Source of the DNA: Actinomycetes bacterium
GTDB taxonomy: Bacteria > Actinomycetota > Actinomycetes > Streptosporangiales > Streptosporangiaceae
NCBI GenBank assembly: GCA_003242605.2
Contig: QGUZ02000001.1
Coordinates: forward strand, 1 to 57,082
Reading direction: 5' to 3'
Length of the DNA: 57,082 bases
This document shows, piece by piece, positions 45,409-55,832 of this stretch. Position 1 is the stretch's first letter; every line of letters starts with the position of its first letter. Position numbers and translations under genes: made by a program. The notes under the pieces were generated by a model. That model had not been told where the DNA came from. It ran no database searches and saw nothing but the letters and a program-made list of their open reading frames with translations.

Positions 45409-46422
45409 GTGCGCTTGACCCGGTTGGCCTGCGTCGTCCTGGCCGGTGGGGCGTTGCTCGCGCCTGCGGCCTGTTCGTCCGACGAGCCCGCGGCGGCCCC
45501 GCCGCAGGCGGCCTCGGAGTCGCAGACGCAGGCCCCGCCGGAACCGACGCCGCCGCCGGCCCACCCGTTCACCGGGGCGGCCACCGACAAGCGCAACCCC
45601 GTGCTCGCCGTGAAGATCGAGAACACCGCGGCGGGCAAGCCCCAGATGGGGCTGAAGAGCGCCGACATCGTCTACGTCACCCAGGTCGAGGGCGGGCTCA
45701 CCCGGCTGATCGCGATCTACTCCACGCGGCTGCCGAAGAAGGTGGGCCCGGTGCGCAGCGCGCGCATCTCCGACCTGTACATCCTGTCGATGTTCGGCAA
45801 GCCGGCGCTGGCGTACTCCGGGGTCCAGACGAAGATGATCCCGTTCATGCAGCGGGCGTCGCTGTTCGACGTCTCCGACAGCGCCGCCCCCGGCGCCTAC
45901 CAGCGCGAGCCCGGCCGCGTCGCGCCGTACAACCTGGTCGCCTCCCCGCGCAAGCTGCTCGCCCAGGCCCCCGGCGCGACCAAGGCGAAGGACATCGGGT
46001 TCGTGTTCGGCGACGCCCCCGAGGGCGGCACCGAGCGCAAGACGTTCACCGTGCGCTATCCGGCCGCCCGGTTCACCTTCGGCTGGTCCGAGCGCCGCAA
46101 GGAGTGGCTCATCTGGCAGGACGGCAAGCGGAACATGGCGGCCGAGGGCGGCCAGCTCGGCGCGCCCACGGTCGTGATCCAGTACGTCAAGACCACCCGG
46201 TCGCAGTTCCACGACGTCAACGGCAGCTACACGCCGCTGCTGCACACGGTCGGCAAGGGCCGGGCGATCGTGCTGCGCGACGGCAAGGCCTACCAGGCCC
46301 GCTGGTCGCGGCCGAACCAGCGGTCCGGCACCACCTTCACCACCCCGGACGGCGAGCCGATCCCGTTCGCCAAGGGCCAGGTCTGGGTGGTGCTCGCCGC
46401 GCCCAAGCCGGTGCAGCCCTGA
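45409..46422 (+). CDS. DUF3048 domain lipoprotein
   Basis: Lipobox-like PAAC; VLAVKIEN, VEGGLTR, GPVRSAR, APYNL. Confidence 0.87.
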   Translation: MRLTRLACVVLAGGALLAPAACSSDEPAAAPPQAASESQTQAPPEPTPPPAHPFTGAATDKRNPVLAVKIENTAAGKPQMGLKSADIVYVTQVEGGLTRLIAIYSTRLPKKVGPVRSARISDLYILSMFGKPALAYSGVQTKMIPFMQRASLFDVSDSAAPGAYQREPGRVAPYNLVASPRKLLAQAPGATKAKDIGFVFGDAPEGGTERKTFTVRYPAARFTFGWSERRKEWLIWQDGKRNMAAEGGQLGAPTVVIQYVKTTRSQFHDVNGSYTPLLHTVGKGRAIVLRDGKAYQARWSRPNQRSGTTFTTPDGEPIPFAKGQVWVVLAAPKPVQP

Positions 46423-46625
46423 CCCGCCCGCTCCGCCGGTCACCGGCCTGATCCGGCGGCCGGATCGGGCCCGGCCGCGCGCGCCCCGGCGGGCCGCGCC
46501 CGCGCCGGGGCACCGCCGTGCGCGAATTTCCCGGCGCTGCGGGGCCGGACGTCCCGTCTGTCCGGATCTCGCGACCGCGTATCCTTGGTGCTTGAGCAAG
46601 CATGTCCGTCATGTGAGGTAGGACC

Positions 46626-47558
46626 GTGTCCAGCAGCCCCGAGACCACCGAGACCACCGACGCCCGCGGCACCGCTCCCGAGGTGGGCACCGCCCGGGTG
46701 AAGCGCGGCATGGCCGAGATGCTCAAGGGCGGCGTCATCATGGACGTCGTCACCCCCGAGCAGGCCAAGATCGCTGAGGACGCGGGCGCCGTCGCCGTCA
46801 TGGCCCTGGAGCGGGTGCCGGCCGACATCCGGGCCCAGGGCGGTGTGGCGCGGATGAGCGACCCCGACCTGATCGAGGGCATCATCAACGCGGTCTCCAT
46901 CCCCGTGATGGCGAAGGTGCGGATCGGGCACTTCGTCGAGGCGCAGGTGCTCCAGGCGATCGGCGTCGACTACATCGACGAGTCCGAGGTGCTCACCCCG
47001 GCCGACGAGACGCACCACATCGACAAGTGGGCCTTCACCGTGCCGTTCGTCTGCGGCGCCACCGACCTCGGTGAGGCGCTGCGCCGCATCGCCGAGGGCG
47101 CCGCGATGATCCGGTCCAAGGGCGAGGCGGGCACCGGCAACGTGGTCGAGGCCGTCCGGCACATGCGCAAGATCCGCGAGGGCATCCGGTGGCTCACCAC
47201 CCTCGACGACGCCGAGCTGTACGCGGCGGCCAAGGAGCTGCGCGCGCCGTACGAGCTCGTCGCCGAGGTGGCGAAGACCGGCAAGCTGCCCGTGGTGCTG
47301 TTCACCGCCGGCGGCATCGCCACCCCCGCGGACGCGGCGATGATGATGCAGCTCGGCGCCGAGGGCGTGTTCGTCGGCTCGGGCATCTTCAAGTCCGGCG
47401 ACCCGGCCAAGCGGGCCGCGGCGATCGTGAAGGCGACCACGTACTACGACGACCCCGACGTGATCGCGAAGGTGTCGCGCGGGCTGGGCGAGCCCATGGT
47501 CGGCATCAACGTCTCCGCGCTGCCGGAGAGCGAGCGCCTCGCCAACCGCGGCTGGTGA
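46626..47558 (+). CDS. pdxS: Pyridoxal 5'-phosphate synthase, synthase subunit
   Basis: [44 protein letters not shown]. Confidence 0.98.
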   Translation: MSSSPETTETTDARGTAPEVGTARVKRGMAEMLKGGVIMDVVTPEQAKIAEDAGAVAVMALERVPADIRAQGGVARMSDPDLIEGIINAVSIPVMAKVRIGHFVEAQVLQAIGVDYIDESEVLTPADETHHIDKWAFTVPFVCGATDLGEALRRIAEGAAMIRSKGEAGTGNVVEAVRHMRKIREGIRWLTTLDDAELYAAAKELRAPYELVAEVAKTGKLPVVLFTAGGIATPADAAMMMQLGAEGVFVGSGIFKSGDPAKRAAAIVKATTYYDDPDVIAKVSRGLGEPMVGINVSALPESERLANRGW

Positions 47559-47693
47559 GCCCGGCCGGCCCGCAAAGCGGGGCCCCGGGACCGGTAAACG
47601 TTCCGGCCGTCGCGCCCTGACGGCGCGCACGCGGCGGCGATCTTCGAGAGGCTGCGGTCGTCCGACCGCAGCGATCATCTCGGAGGTCGTGCC

Positions 47694-49394
47694 GTGCCCG
47701 CACTGCCGACCAGGAGGTCGTTTCTCGTCGCCGGCATCGGGGGGATCGCCGGACTCGGCGGGGTCGGGGCGTTAACCGGCGGCCCCGCCCGCGCGGCCCG
47801 CGTCCGCCGCGAGCCGGCGTGCGACCCGGACCCCGCGCCGCCGCCCGCCCCCTCCCCGCGGCCCGACCCGTTCACCCTCGGCGTCGCCTCCGGCGACCCG
47901 GCCCACGACGGCTTCGTCATCTGGACCCGGCTCGCCCCCGTCCCCGACGCCGAGGACGGCCACGGCGGCATGCCGTACCGGAACGTGCCGGTGTACTGGG
48001 AGGTGGCCGCGGACGAGCGGTTCCGCCGCGTGGTGCGCAGCGGGATGTACCTCGCCCGGCCGGAGTGGGCGCACAGCGTGCACGTCGAGCTGCGCGGCCT
48101 GGCGCCCGGCCGCGACTACTGGTACCGGTTCAAGGCCTACGGGCACATCTCGCCGGTGGGGCGGGCGCGCACCGCGCCCCACCCCGGCGTGTTCGGGCCT
48201 CCGCTGGTCATGGCGTTCGCCTCGTGCGCCCACTACGAGCACGGGCTGTTCACCGCCTACCGCAGGCTCGCCGAGGACGAGCCCGACCTCGTGCTCCACC
48301 TCGGCGACTACATCTACGAGAACGCCGCCACCGGCAAGTGCACGGCGGTGCGCCGCCACGACGGGCCCGAGGCCGTCGACCTCGCCGGGTACCGGCTGCG
48401 GCACGCCTTATACAAGACCGACCCGGACCTGCAGGCCGCGCACGCCGTCGCGCCCTGGCTCGTGGTCTGGGACGACCACGAGGTCGACAACAACTGGGCG
48501 GGCGACATGCCGGAGGAGAAGTCGCCCACGCCGCCGGAGGAGTTCCCGCTCCGCCGGGCCGCCGCGTTCCGCGCCTACTACGAGCACATGCCGCTGCGCC
48601 GCTCCTCGATGCCGCGCGGGCCGTACCTGCCCATCCACCGGCGGGTGCGGTGGGGGCGGCTCGCCACCTTCCACGTGCTCGACACCCGGCAGTACCGCCA
48701 CGACCAGTGCTGCGGCGACGGCTGGAAGCACTGTCCCGAGTCCGCTGGCCCGGAGCGGTCGATCCTCGGCCGGGCGCAGGAGCGCTGGCTGCTCGACGGC
48801 CTCGCCGCGCGGACCGCGCGCTGGGACCTCATCGCCCAGCAGGTGTTCTTCGCCCAGCGCGACGCCGACGCCGGGCCGCTCAAGCTCACCAGCCAGGACG
48901 CCTGGGACGGCTACGCCGCCTGCCGGGACCGGATCACCCGCGGCTGGGTGAGCGCCGGGGTGCGCAACCCGGTGGTGCTCACCGGGGACGTGCACACCCA
49001 CTGGGCCGCGGAGCTCAAGACGGACTACGACGATCCGGACTCGCCGAGCGTCGGCGTGGAGCTCGTCACCACCTCGATCACCAGCGGCGGCGACGGCCGC
49101 GACATCGACCCGGCCACCGACCCGTTCCTCGCCATCAACCCGCACCTGCGCCACCACGACGCGCGCCGCGGGTACGTGCGCACCCGCATTACCCGCGAGA
49201 CGCTCACCGCCGACTTCATGGTGGTGCCGTACGTCACGCGGCCGGGGGCCCCGGCCGAGCCGCGGGCGCAGTTCGTCGTCGAGGACCGGGTGCCCAGGCT
49301 GCACTGCACCTACCGGCGCTCGCCCGGCCCCGGGGCGTTCCGGTCGGGCACGGACATTATCCAGTGGACGATCGAGGAGGAGACCCGGCCGTAG
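47694..49394 (+). CDS. phoD: Tat-secreted alkaline phosphatase D
   Basis: TRRSFL twin-Arg signal, FTLGVASGDP, HLGDYIYE, WDDHE, LDTRQYR, WDGY, LTGDVH. Confidence 0.93.
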   Translation: MPALPTRRSFLVAGIGGIAGLGGVGALTGGPARAARVRREPACDPDPAPPPAPSPRPDPFTLGVASGDPAHDGFVIWTRLAPVPDAEDGHGGMPYRNVPVYWEVAADERFRRVVRSGMYLARPEWAHSVHVELRGLAPGRDYWYRFKAYGHISPVGRARTAPHPGVFGPPLVMAFASCAHYEHGLFTAYRRLAEDEPDLVLHLGDYIYENAATGKCTAVRRHDGPEAVDLAGYRLRHALYKTDPDLQAAHAVAPWLVVWDDHEVDNNWAGDMPEEKSPTPPEEFPLRRAAAFRAYYEHMPLRRSSMPRGPYLPIHRRVRWGRLATFHVLDTRQYRHDQCCGDGWKHCPESAGPERSILGRAQERWLLDGLAARTARWDLIAQQVFFAQRDADAGPLKLTSQDAWDGYAACRDRITRGWVSAGVRNPVVLTGDVHTHWAAELKTDYDDPDSPSVGVELVTTSITSGGDGRDIDPATDPFLAINPHLRHHDARRGYVRTRITRETLTADFMVVPYVTRPGAPAEPRAQFVVEDRVPRLHCTYRRSPGPGAFRSGTDIIQWTIEEETRP

Positions 49395-49659
49395 CGCCGT
49401 GCGGGCCGCGGCCGTCCCGCGGCCCGCACCGGCCTCGCCGCCCCCGGCGCGGAGCCCGGCGAGACGCCCGTGCCCGCCCATGACGCGCCCGTCACGACCC
49501 GTCCGTCGCGAGGCGTCCGCGGCGGTCCGACGGGGGATACCGCGTTGCGGAGCACGCCCGCCGTGGCCTTAGGCTGTCTGGCGGATTTCCGTGACGGGCA
49601 CAGGGCCCGGGGCGTGCCGTCGCACGCCCGGCCCTGGACGAGAGGTGAAGGGACCGTTT

Positions 49660-50286
49660 GTGGCGACTGCGCCTGCCATCGGGGTGCTCGCCCTCCAGGG
49701 CGACGTGCGCGAGCACGTGCGCGCGCTCGAGGCGGCCGGGGCCCGCGCGACGACCGTGCGCCGCCCGGCCGAGCTCGCCGCCGTGGACGCGCTGGTGATC
49801 CCCGGCGGGGAGTCCACCACGATGTGGAAGCTGGCCGAGGCGTTCGAGCTGCTCGAGCCGCTGCGGCTGCGGGTGAAGGAGGGCATGCCCGCGTACGGCT
49901 CGTGCGCCGGCATGATCATGCTGGCCGACCGGATCGAGGGCGGCATCGAGGGACAGCGCACGATCGGCGGCATCGACATGACCGTGCGCCGCAACGCGTT
50001 CGGCCGCCAGGTCGACTCGTTCGAGGCCGACCTCGAGTTCGCCGACCGCGGGCGGATACGCGGCGTATTCATCCGCGCGCCGTGGGTGGAGTCGGTCGGG
50101 GCGGGGGTCGAGGTCCTCGCCAGGGTCCCCGCCGGCGGCGGTCCACGGGCGGCGTCGGGCACCGCCGATGACGGTAGGATCGTCGCGGTCCGGCAGGGAC
50201 CGCTGCTCGCCACAGCGTTCCATCCGGAGCTCACCGGGGACGGGCGAGTGCATTCGTACTTTGTCGAGATGGTAAGGGAGCTCTAG
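49660..50286 (+). CDS. pdxT: Pyridoxal 5'-phosphate synthase, glutaminase subunit
   Basis: [31 protein letters not shown]. Confidence 0.97.
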   Translation: MATAPAIGVLALQGDVREHVRALEAAGARATTVRRPAELAAVDALVIPGGESTTMWKLAEAFELLEPLRLRVKEGMPAYGSCAGMIMLADRIEGGIEGQRTIGGIDMTVRRNAFGRQVDSFEADLEFADRGRIRGVFIRAPWVESVGAGVEVLARVPAGGGPRAASGTADDGRIVAVRQGPLLATAFHPELTGDGRVHSYFVEMVREL

Positions 50287-50289
50287 GCG

Positions 50290-51045
50290 ATGGCCGGCCA
50301 CTCCAAATGGGCGACGACGAAGCACAAGAAAGCCGCGCTCGACGCCAAGCGGGGCAAGCTGTTCGCCAAGCTCATCAAGAACATCGAGGTGGCGGCGCGG
50401 ACCGGAGGTCCGGACCCCGACGGCAACCCGACGCTGTACGACGCGATCCTGAAGGCCCGCAAGAACAGCGTGCCGCTCGACAGCATCGAGCGGGCCCGCA
50501 AGCGGGGTGGCGGCCTGGAGGCCGGCGGCGCCGACTACCAGACGATCACCTACGAGGGCTACGGCCCCGGCGGCGTCGCCCTGCTCATCGAGTGCCTCAC
50601 CGACAACCGCAACCGGGCCGCCTCCGAGGTGCGGACCGCGATGACCCGCAACGGCGGGTCGATGGCCGACCCGGGCTCGGTGGCGTACATGTTCAACCGC
50701 AAGGGCGTCGTGATCGTCCCCAAGGCCGACGGCCTCACCGAGGACGACGTGCTCGCCGCGGTGCTCGACGCCGGTGCCGAGGAGGTCAACGACCTCGGCG
50801 AGTCCTTCGAGGTGATCAGCGAGGCGAGCGACCTCGTCCCGGTCCGCAAGGCGCTGCAGGACGCCGGGATCGAGTACGAGTCGGCCGAGGTGTCCTTCCT
50901 GCCGTCGGTGACCGTCCCGCTCGACGAGGAGAACGCCCGCAAGGTGTTCCGGCTCATCGAGGCCCTCGAGGACAGCGACGACGTGCAGAACGTCTACGCG
51001 AACTACGACGTCAGCGACGAGATCATGGAGAAGGTCAACGCCTGA
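50290..51045 (+). CDS. yebC: YebC/PmpR family protein
   Basis: [21 protein letters not shown]. Confidence 0.96.
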   Translation: MAGHSKWATTKHKKAALDAKRGKLFAKLIKNIEVAARTGGPDPDGNPTLYDAILKARKNSVPLDSIERARKRGGGLEAGGADYQTITYEGYGPGGVALLIECLTDNRNRAASEVRTAMTRNGGSMADPGSVAYMFNRKGVVIVPKADGLTEDDVLAAVLDAGAEEVNDLGESFEVISEASDLVPVRKALQDAGIEYESAEVSFLPSVTVPLDEENARKVFRLIEALEDSDDVQNVYANYDVSDEIMEKVNA

Positions 51046-51187
51046 TCCGTCGCACGCCGGTCACCCGGCCGGAAGGCGGCCCGAGACCCGGACCCGCGGG
51101 CGAAATCCCGCGGCCCTGCCGATCTCCCGCGCCATCCCGTTGTAAGGTCGGGGTGGCGAACTGATGTTCGGTGGGTTGGGAGGGCTT

Positions 51188-51802
51188 GTGCGGGTGCTCG
51201 GCGTCGACCCGGGATTGACCCGATGCGGGCTCGGTGCCGTCGAGGGGCGGCCCGGAAGCCCGCTCACCCTGGTCCGGGCGGGGGTGGTGCGCACCCCGGC
51301 CGGGGACGACATCGGCGCGCGGCTCGTCGCGCTCGAGGCGGGCGTCGAGCGGTGGCTGGAGGAGATCCGGCCCGACGTGGTCGCGGTGGAGCGCCTGTTC
51401 GCCCAGGTCAACATCCGCACCGTGATGGGGGTGGCGCAGGCCTCCGGCGTGATCATCGCCTGCGCGGCGCGGCGCGGGCTCCCCGTCGCGCTGCACACGC
51501 CGAGCGAGGTGAAGGCCGCGATCACCGGGTACGGCAACGCCGACAAGCGGCAGATCGGCGCCATGGTCACCCGCCTGCTGCGCCTGGACGCCCCGCCCAG
51601 GCCCGCCGACGCCGCGGACGCGCTCGCGCTCGCCATCTGCCACGTGTGGCGGGGCGGGGCGAGCGAGCGCCTCGCCGCCGCCGTCGCCCGGGCCCGCGGC
51701 GGCCTGCGGCCCGCCGCCGGTCGCGACGCCGGCCGGAGCGCCGGACCCGGGGCCGGGGCGGTCACCGGGCGGACGCCGTCATCGAGGAGGGCCGTGGAGT
51801 GA
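51188..51802 (+). CDS. ruvC: Holliday junction resolvase
   Basis: [29 protein letters not shown]. Confidence 0.96.
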   Translation: MRVLGVDPGLTRCGLGAVEGRPGSPLTLVRAGVVRTPAGDDIGARLVALEAGVERWLEEIRPDVVAVERLFAQVNIRTVMGVAQASGVIIACAARRGLPVALHTPSEVKAAITGYGNADKRQIGAMVTRLLRLDAPPRPADAADALALAICHVWRGGASERLAAAVARARGGLRPAAGRDAGRSAGPGAGAVTGRTPSSRRAVE

Positions 51803-52422
51803 TCGCCTCCGTCGAGGGCACGGTCGCCGCGATCCGGCCGGGCGCCGCCGTGATCGAGGTCGGCGGCGTGGGCATGCTCGTGCACTGCACCCCGGCCACC
51901 CTCGCCACGCTGCGCGTGGGGGAGCGGGCCCGGCTCGCCACCTCGCTCGTGGTGCGCGAGGACTCGCTCACCCTGTACGGCTTCGCCGACGAGGACGAGC
52001 GCGCCGTCTTCGACCTGCTGCAGACCGCGAGCGGCGTCGGGCCCCGCCTGGCGCTGGCGATGCTCGCGGTGCACACCCCGAACGCGCTGCGGGTCGCGGT
52101 GGCGAGCGCCGACGTCAAGGCGCTCACCCAGGTGCCGGGCATCGGCCCGAAGGGCGCGCAGCGCATCATCGTGGAGCTGAAGAACAAGCTCGGCACGCCC
52201 GAGGAGGCGGTGAACGCGGCTCTCGGCGACGGCGGCCGGGCCGAGCCGCCGTGGCGGGAGCAGGTGCACTCCGGCCTCGTCGGCCTCGGCTACTCGGCCC
52301 GGGACGCCGACGAGGCGGTCGCCGCCGTCGCCCCGCAGGCCGACGCCGAGATCGCGGCCGGCCGTACCCCCGACGTGGCCGCCCTGCTCAAGGCCGCCCT
52401 GCGCGTGCTCAGCGTCCGGTAG
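51799..52422 (+). CDS. ruvA: Holliday junction DNA-binding subunit
   Basis: MIASVEG, VVRED...LYGF, SGVGPR, VPGIG.KGAQRI; GTGA overlap with ruvC. Confidence 0.96.
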   Translation: MIASVEGTVAAIRPGAAVIEVGGVGMLVHCTPATLATLRVGERARLATSLVVREDSLTLYGFADEDERAVFDLLQTASGVGPRLALAMLAVHTPNALRVAVASADVKALTQVPGIGPKGAQRIIVELKNKLGTPEEAVNAALGDGGRAEPPWREQVHSGLVGLGYSARDADEAVAAVAPQADAEIAAGRTPDVAALLKAALRVLSVR

Positions 52423-52445
52423 GCCGAGGGGACAGGTGATCGTGC

Positions 52446-53516
52446 ATGACCGATGATCGTGACCTGGTGTCGCCCGACGCCGCCGGGGACGAGCGCGCGA
52501 TCGAGGCGGCGCTGCGCCCCAAGCGGCTCGATGAGTTCGTCGGCCAGGCGCGGGTGCGCGAGCAGCTCTCGCTCGTGCTGGAGAGCGCCCGGGCCCGCGG
52601 CCGCCCGCCGGACCACATCCTGATGAGCGGCTCGCCGGGGCTCGGCAAGACCACCCTCGCCATGATCATCGCGGCCGAGCTGGGGGTGCCGCTGCGGGTC
52701 ACCTCCGGCCCGGCGCTGGAGCGCGCCGGGGACCTCGCGGCGATCCTCTCCACGCTGTCGGAGGGAGAGGTGCTGTTCATCGACGAGATCCACCGCACCT
52801 CCCGCCCCGCCCAGGAGATGCTCTACCTGGCGATGGAGGACTTCCGCGTCGACATCGTCGTCGGCAAGGGGCCGGGCGCGACCGCGATCCCGCTCGACAT
52901 CGCGCCGTTCACGCTGGTCGGGGCGACCACCCGGGCCGGGCTGCTGCCCGCGCCGCTGCGCGACCGGTTCGGCTTCGTGGCGCACATGGACTTCTACGAC
53001 GTGGCCGAGCTGGAGCAGGTGCTGCACCGCTCGGCCCGGCTGCTGTCGGTGAACCTGCCGCCGGACGGCGCCAACGAGATCGCCCGCCGCTCCCGCGGCA
53101 CCCCGCGCATCGCCAACCGGCTGCTGCGGCGGGTGCGCGACTACGCCGAGGTGCGGGCGGACGGGGTGATCTCCCGCGAGGTCGCGGCCGCCGCGCTCGA
53201 CCTGTACGAGGTGGACGCCGAAGGGCTCGACCGGCTCGACCGCGCGGTGCTGCACGCGCTGCTGCACAAGTTCGGCGGCGGCCCGGTCGGCCTGTCCACG
53301 CTCGCCGTGGCGGTCGGCGAGGAACCGGAGACGGTCGAGGTGGTGGCCGAGCCGTTCCTGGTACGGCAGGGCCTGCTCGCCCGCACCCCGCGGGGCCGGG
53401 TCGCCACCGCCGCCGCGTGGCTGCACATGGGCCTCACCCCGCCCCCGGACGCGGTCGGCGCCTCCCCGGCCCCGGGCGCGGACCCGGGCGGCGAGGCCTC
53501 CGGCGGGGACGGCTGA
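52446..53516 (+). CDS. ruvB: Holliday junction branch-migration ATPase
   Basis: LRPK, GLGKTT, DEIHR, GATTR, RGTPR, EPFL. Confidence 0.98.
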   Translation: MTDDRDLVSPDAAGDERAIEAALRPKRLDEFVGQARVREQLSLVLESARARGRPPDHILMSGSPGLGKTTLAMIIAAELGVPLRVTSGPALERAGDLAAILSTLSEGEVLFIDEIHRTSRPAQEMLYLAMEDFRVDIVVGKGPGATAIPLDIAPFTLVGATTRAGLLPAPLRDRFGFVAHMDFYDVAELEQVLHRSARLLSVNLPPDGANEIARRSRGTPRIANRLLRRVRDYAEVRADGVISREVAAAALDLYEVDAEGLDRLDRAVLHALLHKFGGGPVGLSTLAVAVGEEPETVEVVAEPFLVRQGLLARTPRGRVATAAAWLHMGLTPPPDAVGASPAPGADPGGEASGGDG

Positions 53517-53647
53517 CCCAGGCCCGGGTGACGCCGGTGGCCGGCCGTGACGGCCGGGCCGTACGCGACGAGCGGACACAGTGTGATCACAAAACGGTCA
53601 CCGGGTCTCGATCGGGGAACTTTCCCGCGCGCCGGAGCGTGGGTTCG

Positions 53648-53677
53648 TTGCCGGGTCTTGACCGGCTCGCCTACACT
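53648..53677 (+). promoter_or_regulatory. Putative housekeeping-sigma promoter for yajC-secDF
   Basis: TTGCCG-N18-TACACT. Confidence 0.5.
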
Positions 53678-53794
53678 CCGTGCCTTGGTCGGCCACGGGG
53701 CGCTTGGTGAGCGGCGGGCCGGCCACGCGATCTCGCGTACTGACAGACCTCCGGCGCGAAGGCCGGTCATCCTCGTAGTGGAAGGACAGCCCCC

Positions 53795-54154
53795 GTGCAG
53801 GGCAATCCGATTGGGACATTTCTGCCGCTGATCCTGCTGATCGTGGTGTTCTACTTCCTGCTCATCCGCCCCCAGCGGAAGCGGCAGCAGGAACACCTGC
53901 GCATGCAGCAGAGCCTGACGCCCGGCACCCGGGTGATGACGACCACCGGACTGTTCGGCACCGTGACCGCCGTCGACGACGACGAGATGGTGCTGGAGAT
54001 CGCCCCGGGCGTCGAGACCCGCTGGCTCAAGGCCGCGGTCGGCCGTGTGATCACCCCCGGCGAGGAACGGCCGGGTGACACGTCCGCCTCCGCCGCCGCG
54101 AGCGAGGAACCCCGGGACTCCGCCGACGGGGAGGAGTCCGAGAAGAAGTCCTGA
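53795..54154 (+). CDS. yajC: Preprotein translocase subunit YajC
   Basis: FYFLLIRPQRKRQ, G.RVMTTTGLFGTV, LEIAPGV. Confidence 0.95.
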   Translation: MQGNPIGTFLPLILLIVVFYFLLIRPQRKRQQEHLRMQQSLTPGTRVMTTTGLFGTVTAVDDDEMVLEIAPGVETRWLKAAVGRVITPGEERPGDTSASAAASEEPRDSADGEESEKKS

Positions 54155-54182
54155 CCGGACGCCCCGGAGCACCCGACGACCC

Positions 54183-55832
54183 GTGGCCTCCCCGCCGAAG
54201 AGCCCGTCGCGAACCCGGAGGGGACCGGGGCGGATCCTGCTGGTCCTCCCGGCGATCATGCTCGTGATGGCCGCGCCGATCGTCCAGCAGCGGGCGTTCG
54301 TCCCCCGGTACGGCCTCGACCTGGCGGGCGGCACCACCGTGACGCTCTCGCCGGTCACTCCGGACGGGAGCCGGCCCTCCCGGGAGAGCCTCGACCAGGC
54401 CGTGGAAATCATCCGCGACCGGGTCAACGGCTCCGGCATCTCCGACGCCGAGACCGTCAGGTCGGGCGACACCATCGTCGTCACCGTGCCCGGCCGGGGG
54501 CGGCAGGAGGTCCTCGAACTCGTCGGAACCACCGCGGAGCTGCGGTTCCGGCAGGTGCTCGCGGTGGCCCCCGCGCGTGCGGACGCGGCCGGCGCGCCCA
54601 CCCCCTCGGGAACGCCGGCCGCGTCCGCACGCCCCGCGGCGCTCCCGCACCCGTCCGGCGGCCCGGTGCCCGGACCGTCCCCCACCGCCCCGGCCTCCGC
54701 CGGGCCGCGGGCGAGCCCCGGCGCCCAGCGGGACGACCCGCTCGCCGGCCTCGACCTGACCGGCATCGAGCCCGCCCTGGTCGAGGAGTTCCGCCGCGTC
54801 GACTGCTCGGCCCGCGCCCGCGGCCAGGGCGTCCCCGACGATCCCGGCGCCCGGATCGTCGCGTGCAGCCAGGACGGCTCCTCCCGCTACATCCTCGACC
54901 GCGCCGCCGTGCGCGGCACCGACGTGCGCAACGCCACCCCCGCCGTCGATCCGGCCACCGGCGAGTGGTACGTGTCGGCCGAGTTCACCGACGCGGGCGC
55001 GGCCGCGTTCGCCCGGGTCACCGGCCGGATCACCGGCCTGCCCGAGCCGCGCAACCGGCTCGCCGTGGTCCTCGACGGGGTCGTCGTCTCCGCGCCCGCG
55101 ATCCGTGAGCCGGTCGTCGGCGGCTCCGCCCGCATCGGCGGCGACTTCACCCGGGAGAGCGCCACCCGGCTCGCCCGGCAGCTCCGGTACGGCGCGCTGC
55201 CGCTGCGGTTCGAGCGCGGCACGGTCGAGGAGATCTCCTCCACGCTCGGCGCCGACCAGCTCCGCGGCGGGCTGATCGCCGGCGGCCTCGGACTGCTCGC
55301 GGTCGTCGGCTATGCCATGCTCTACTACCGGGGCCTCGGCCTGGTCGCGGTCTCCGGCCTTGTGGTCGCCGCGCTCCTGACCTACCTCAGCGTCGCCCTG
55401 CTCAGCGCGTACGCCGGGTTCCGCCTGTCCCTGCCGCACATCGTCGGCCTCATCGTCTCCATCGGCGTCACCGCCGACTCGTTCATCGTCTACTTCGAGC
55501 GCATCCGCGACGGGCTGCGGGCCGGCCGCCCGCTGCACGTCGCCGTGGAGACCGGCTGGCGGCGGGCGCGGCGCACGATCCTCGTCGCCGACGCGGTCAC
55601 CCTGATCGCGGCGGTGACCCTCTACCTCCTCGCGGTCGGCGGCGTGGCCGGGTTCGCCTTCGCCATGGGCCTCACCACGCTGATCGACCTCGCGGTGGTG
55701 TTCCTGTTCACCAAGCCCCTCCTCACCGTGCTCGCCCGGGTGCGGTTCTTCGCCGAGGGGCACCGGCTGTCCGGGCTCGGGCGGCCCCGCCGTACCGCGG
55801 CGGGCGCGCGCCCCGCCCCGCGGGGGACGTGA
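54183..55832 (+). CDS. secD: Protein translocase subunit SecD
   Basis: GLDLAGG, LAVVLDG, LRYGALPL, IGVTADSFIVYFERIRD; likely GTG start at 54183. Confidence 0.95.
   Translation: MASPPKSPSRTRRGPGRILLVLPAIMLVMAAPIVQQRAFVPRYGLDLAGGTTVTLSPVTPDGSRPSRESLDQAVEIIRDRVNGSGISDAETVRSGDTIVVTVPGRGRQEVLELVGTTAELRFRQVLAVAPARADAAGAPTPSGTPAASARPAALPHPSGGPVPGPSPTAPASAGPRASPGAQRDDPLAGLDLTGIEPALVEEFRRVDCSARARGQGVPDDPGARIVACSQDGSSRYILDRAAVRGTDVRNATPAVDPATGEWYVSAEFTDAGAAAFARVTGRITGLPEPRNRLAVVLDGVVVSAPAIREPVVGGSARIGGDFTRESATRLARQLRYGALPLRFERGTVEEISSTLGADQLRGGLIAGGLGLLAVVGYAMLYYRGLGLVAVSGLVVAALLTYLSVALLSAYAGFRLSLPHIVGLIVSIGVTADSFIVYFERIRDGLRAGRPLHVAVETGWRRARRTILVADAVTLIAAVTLYLLAVGGVAGFAFAMGLTTLIDLAVVFLFTKPLLTVLARVRFFAEGHRLSGLGRPRRTAAGARPAPRGT

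Noticed and set aside
53583-53606. CRP/Rex-type site near TGTGATCACA upstream of yajC
   Set aside because: The palindrome lacks the required spacer, so it cannot be assigned.
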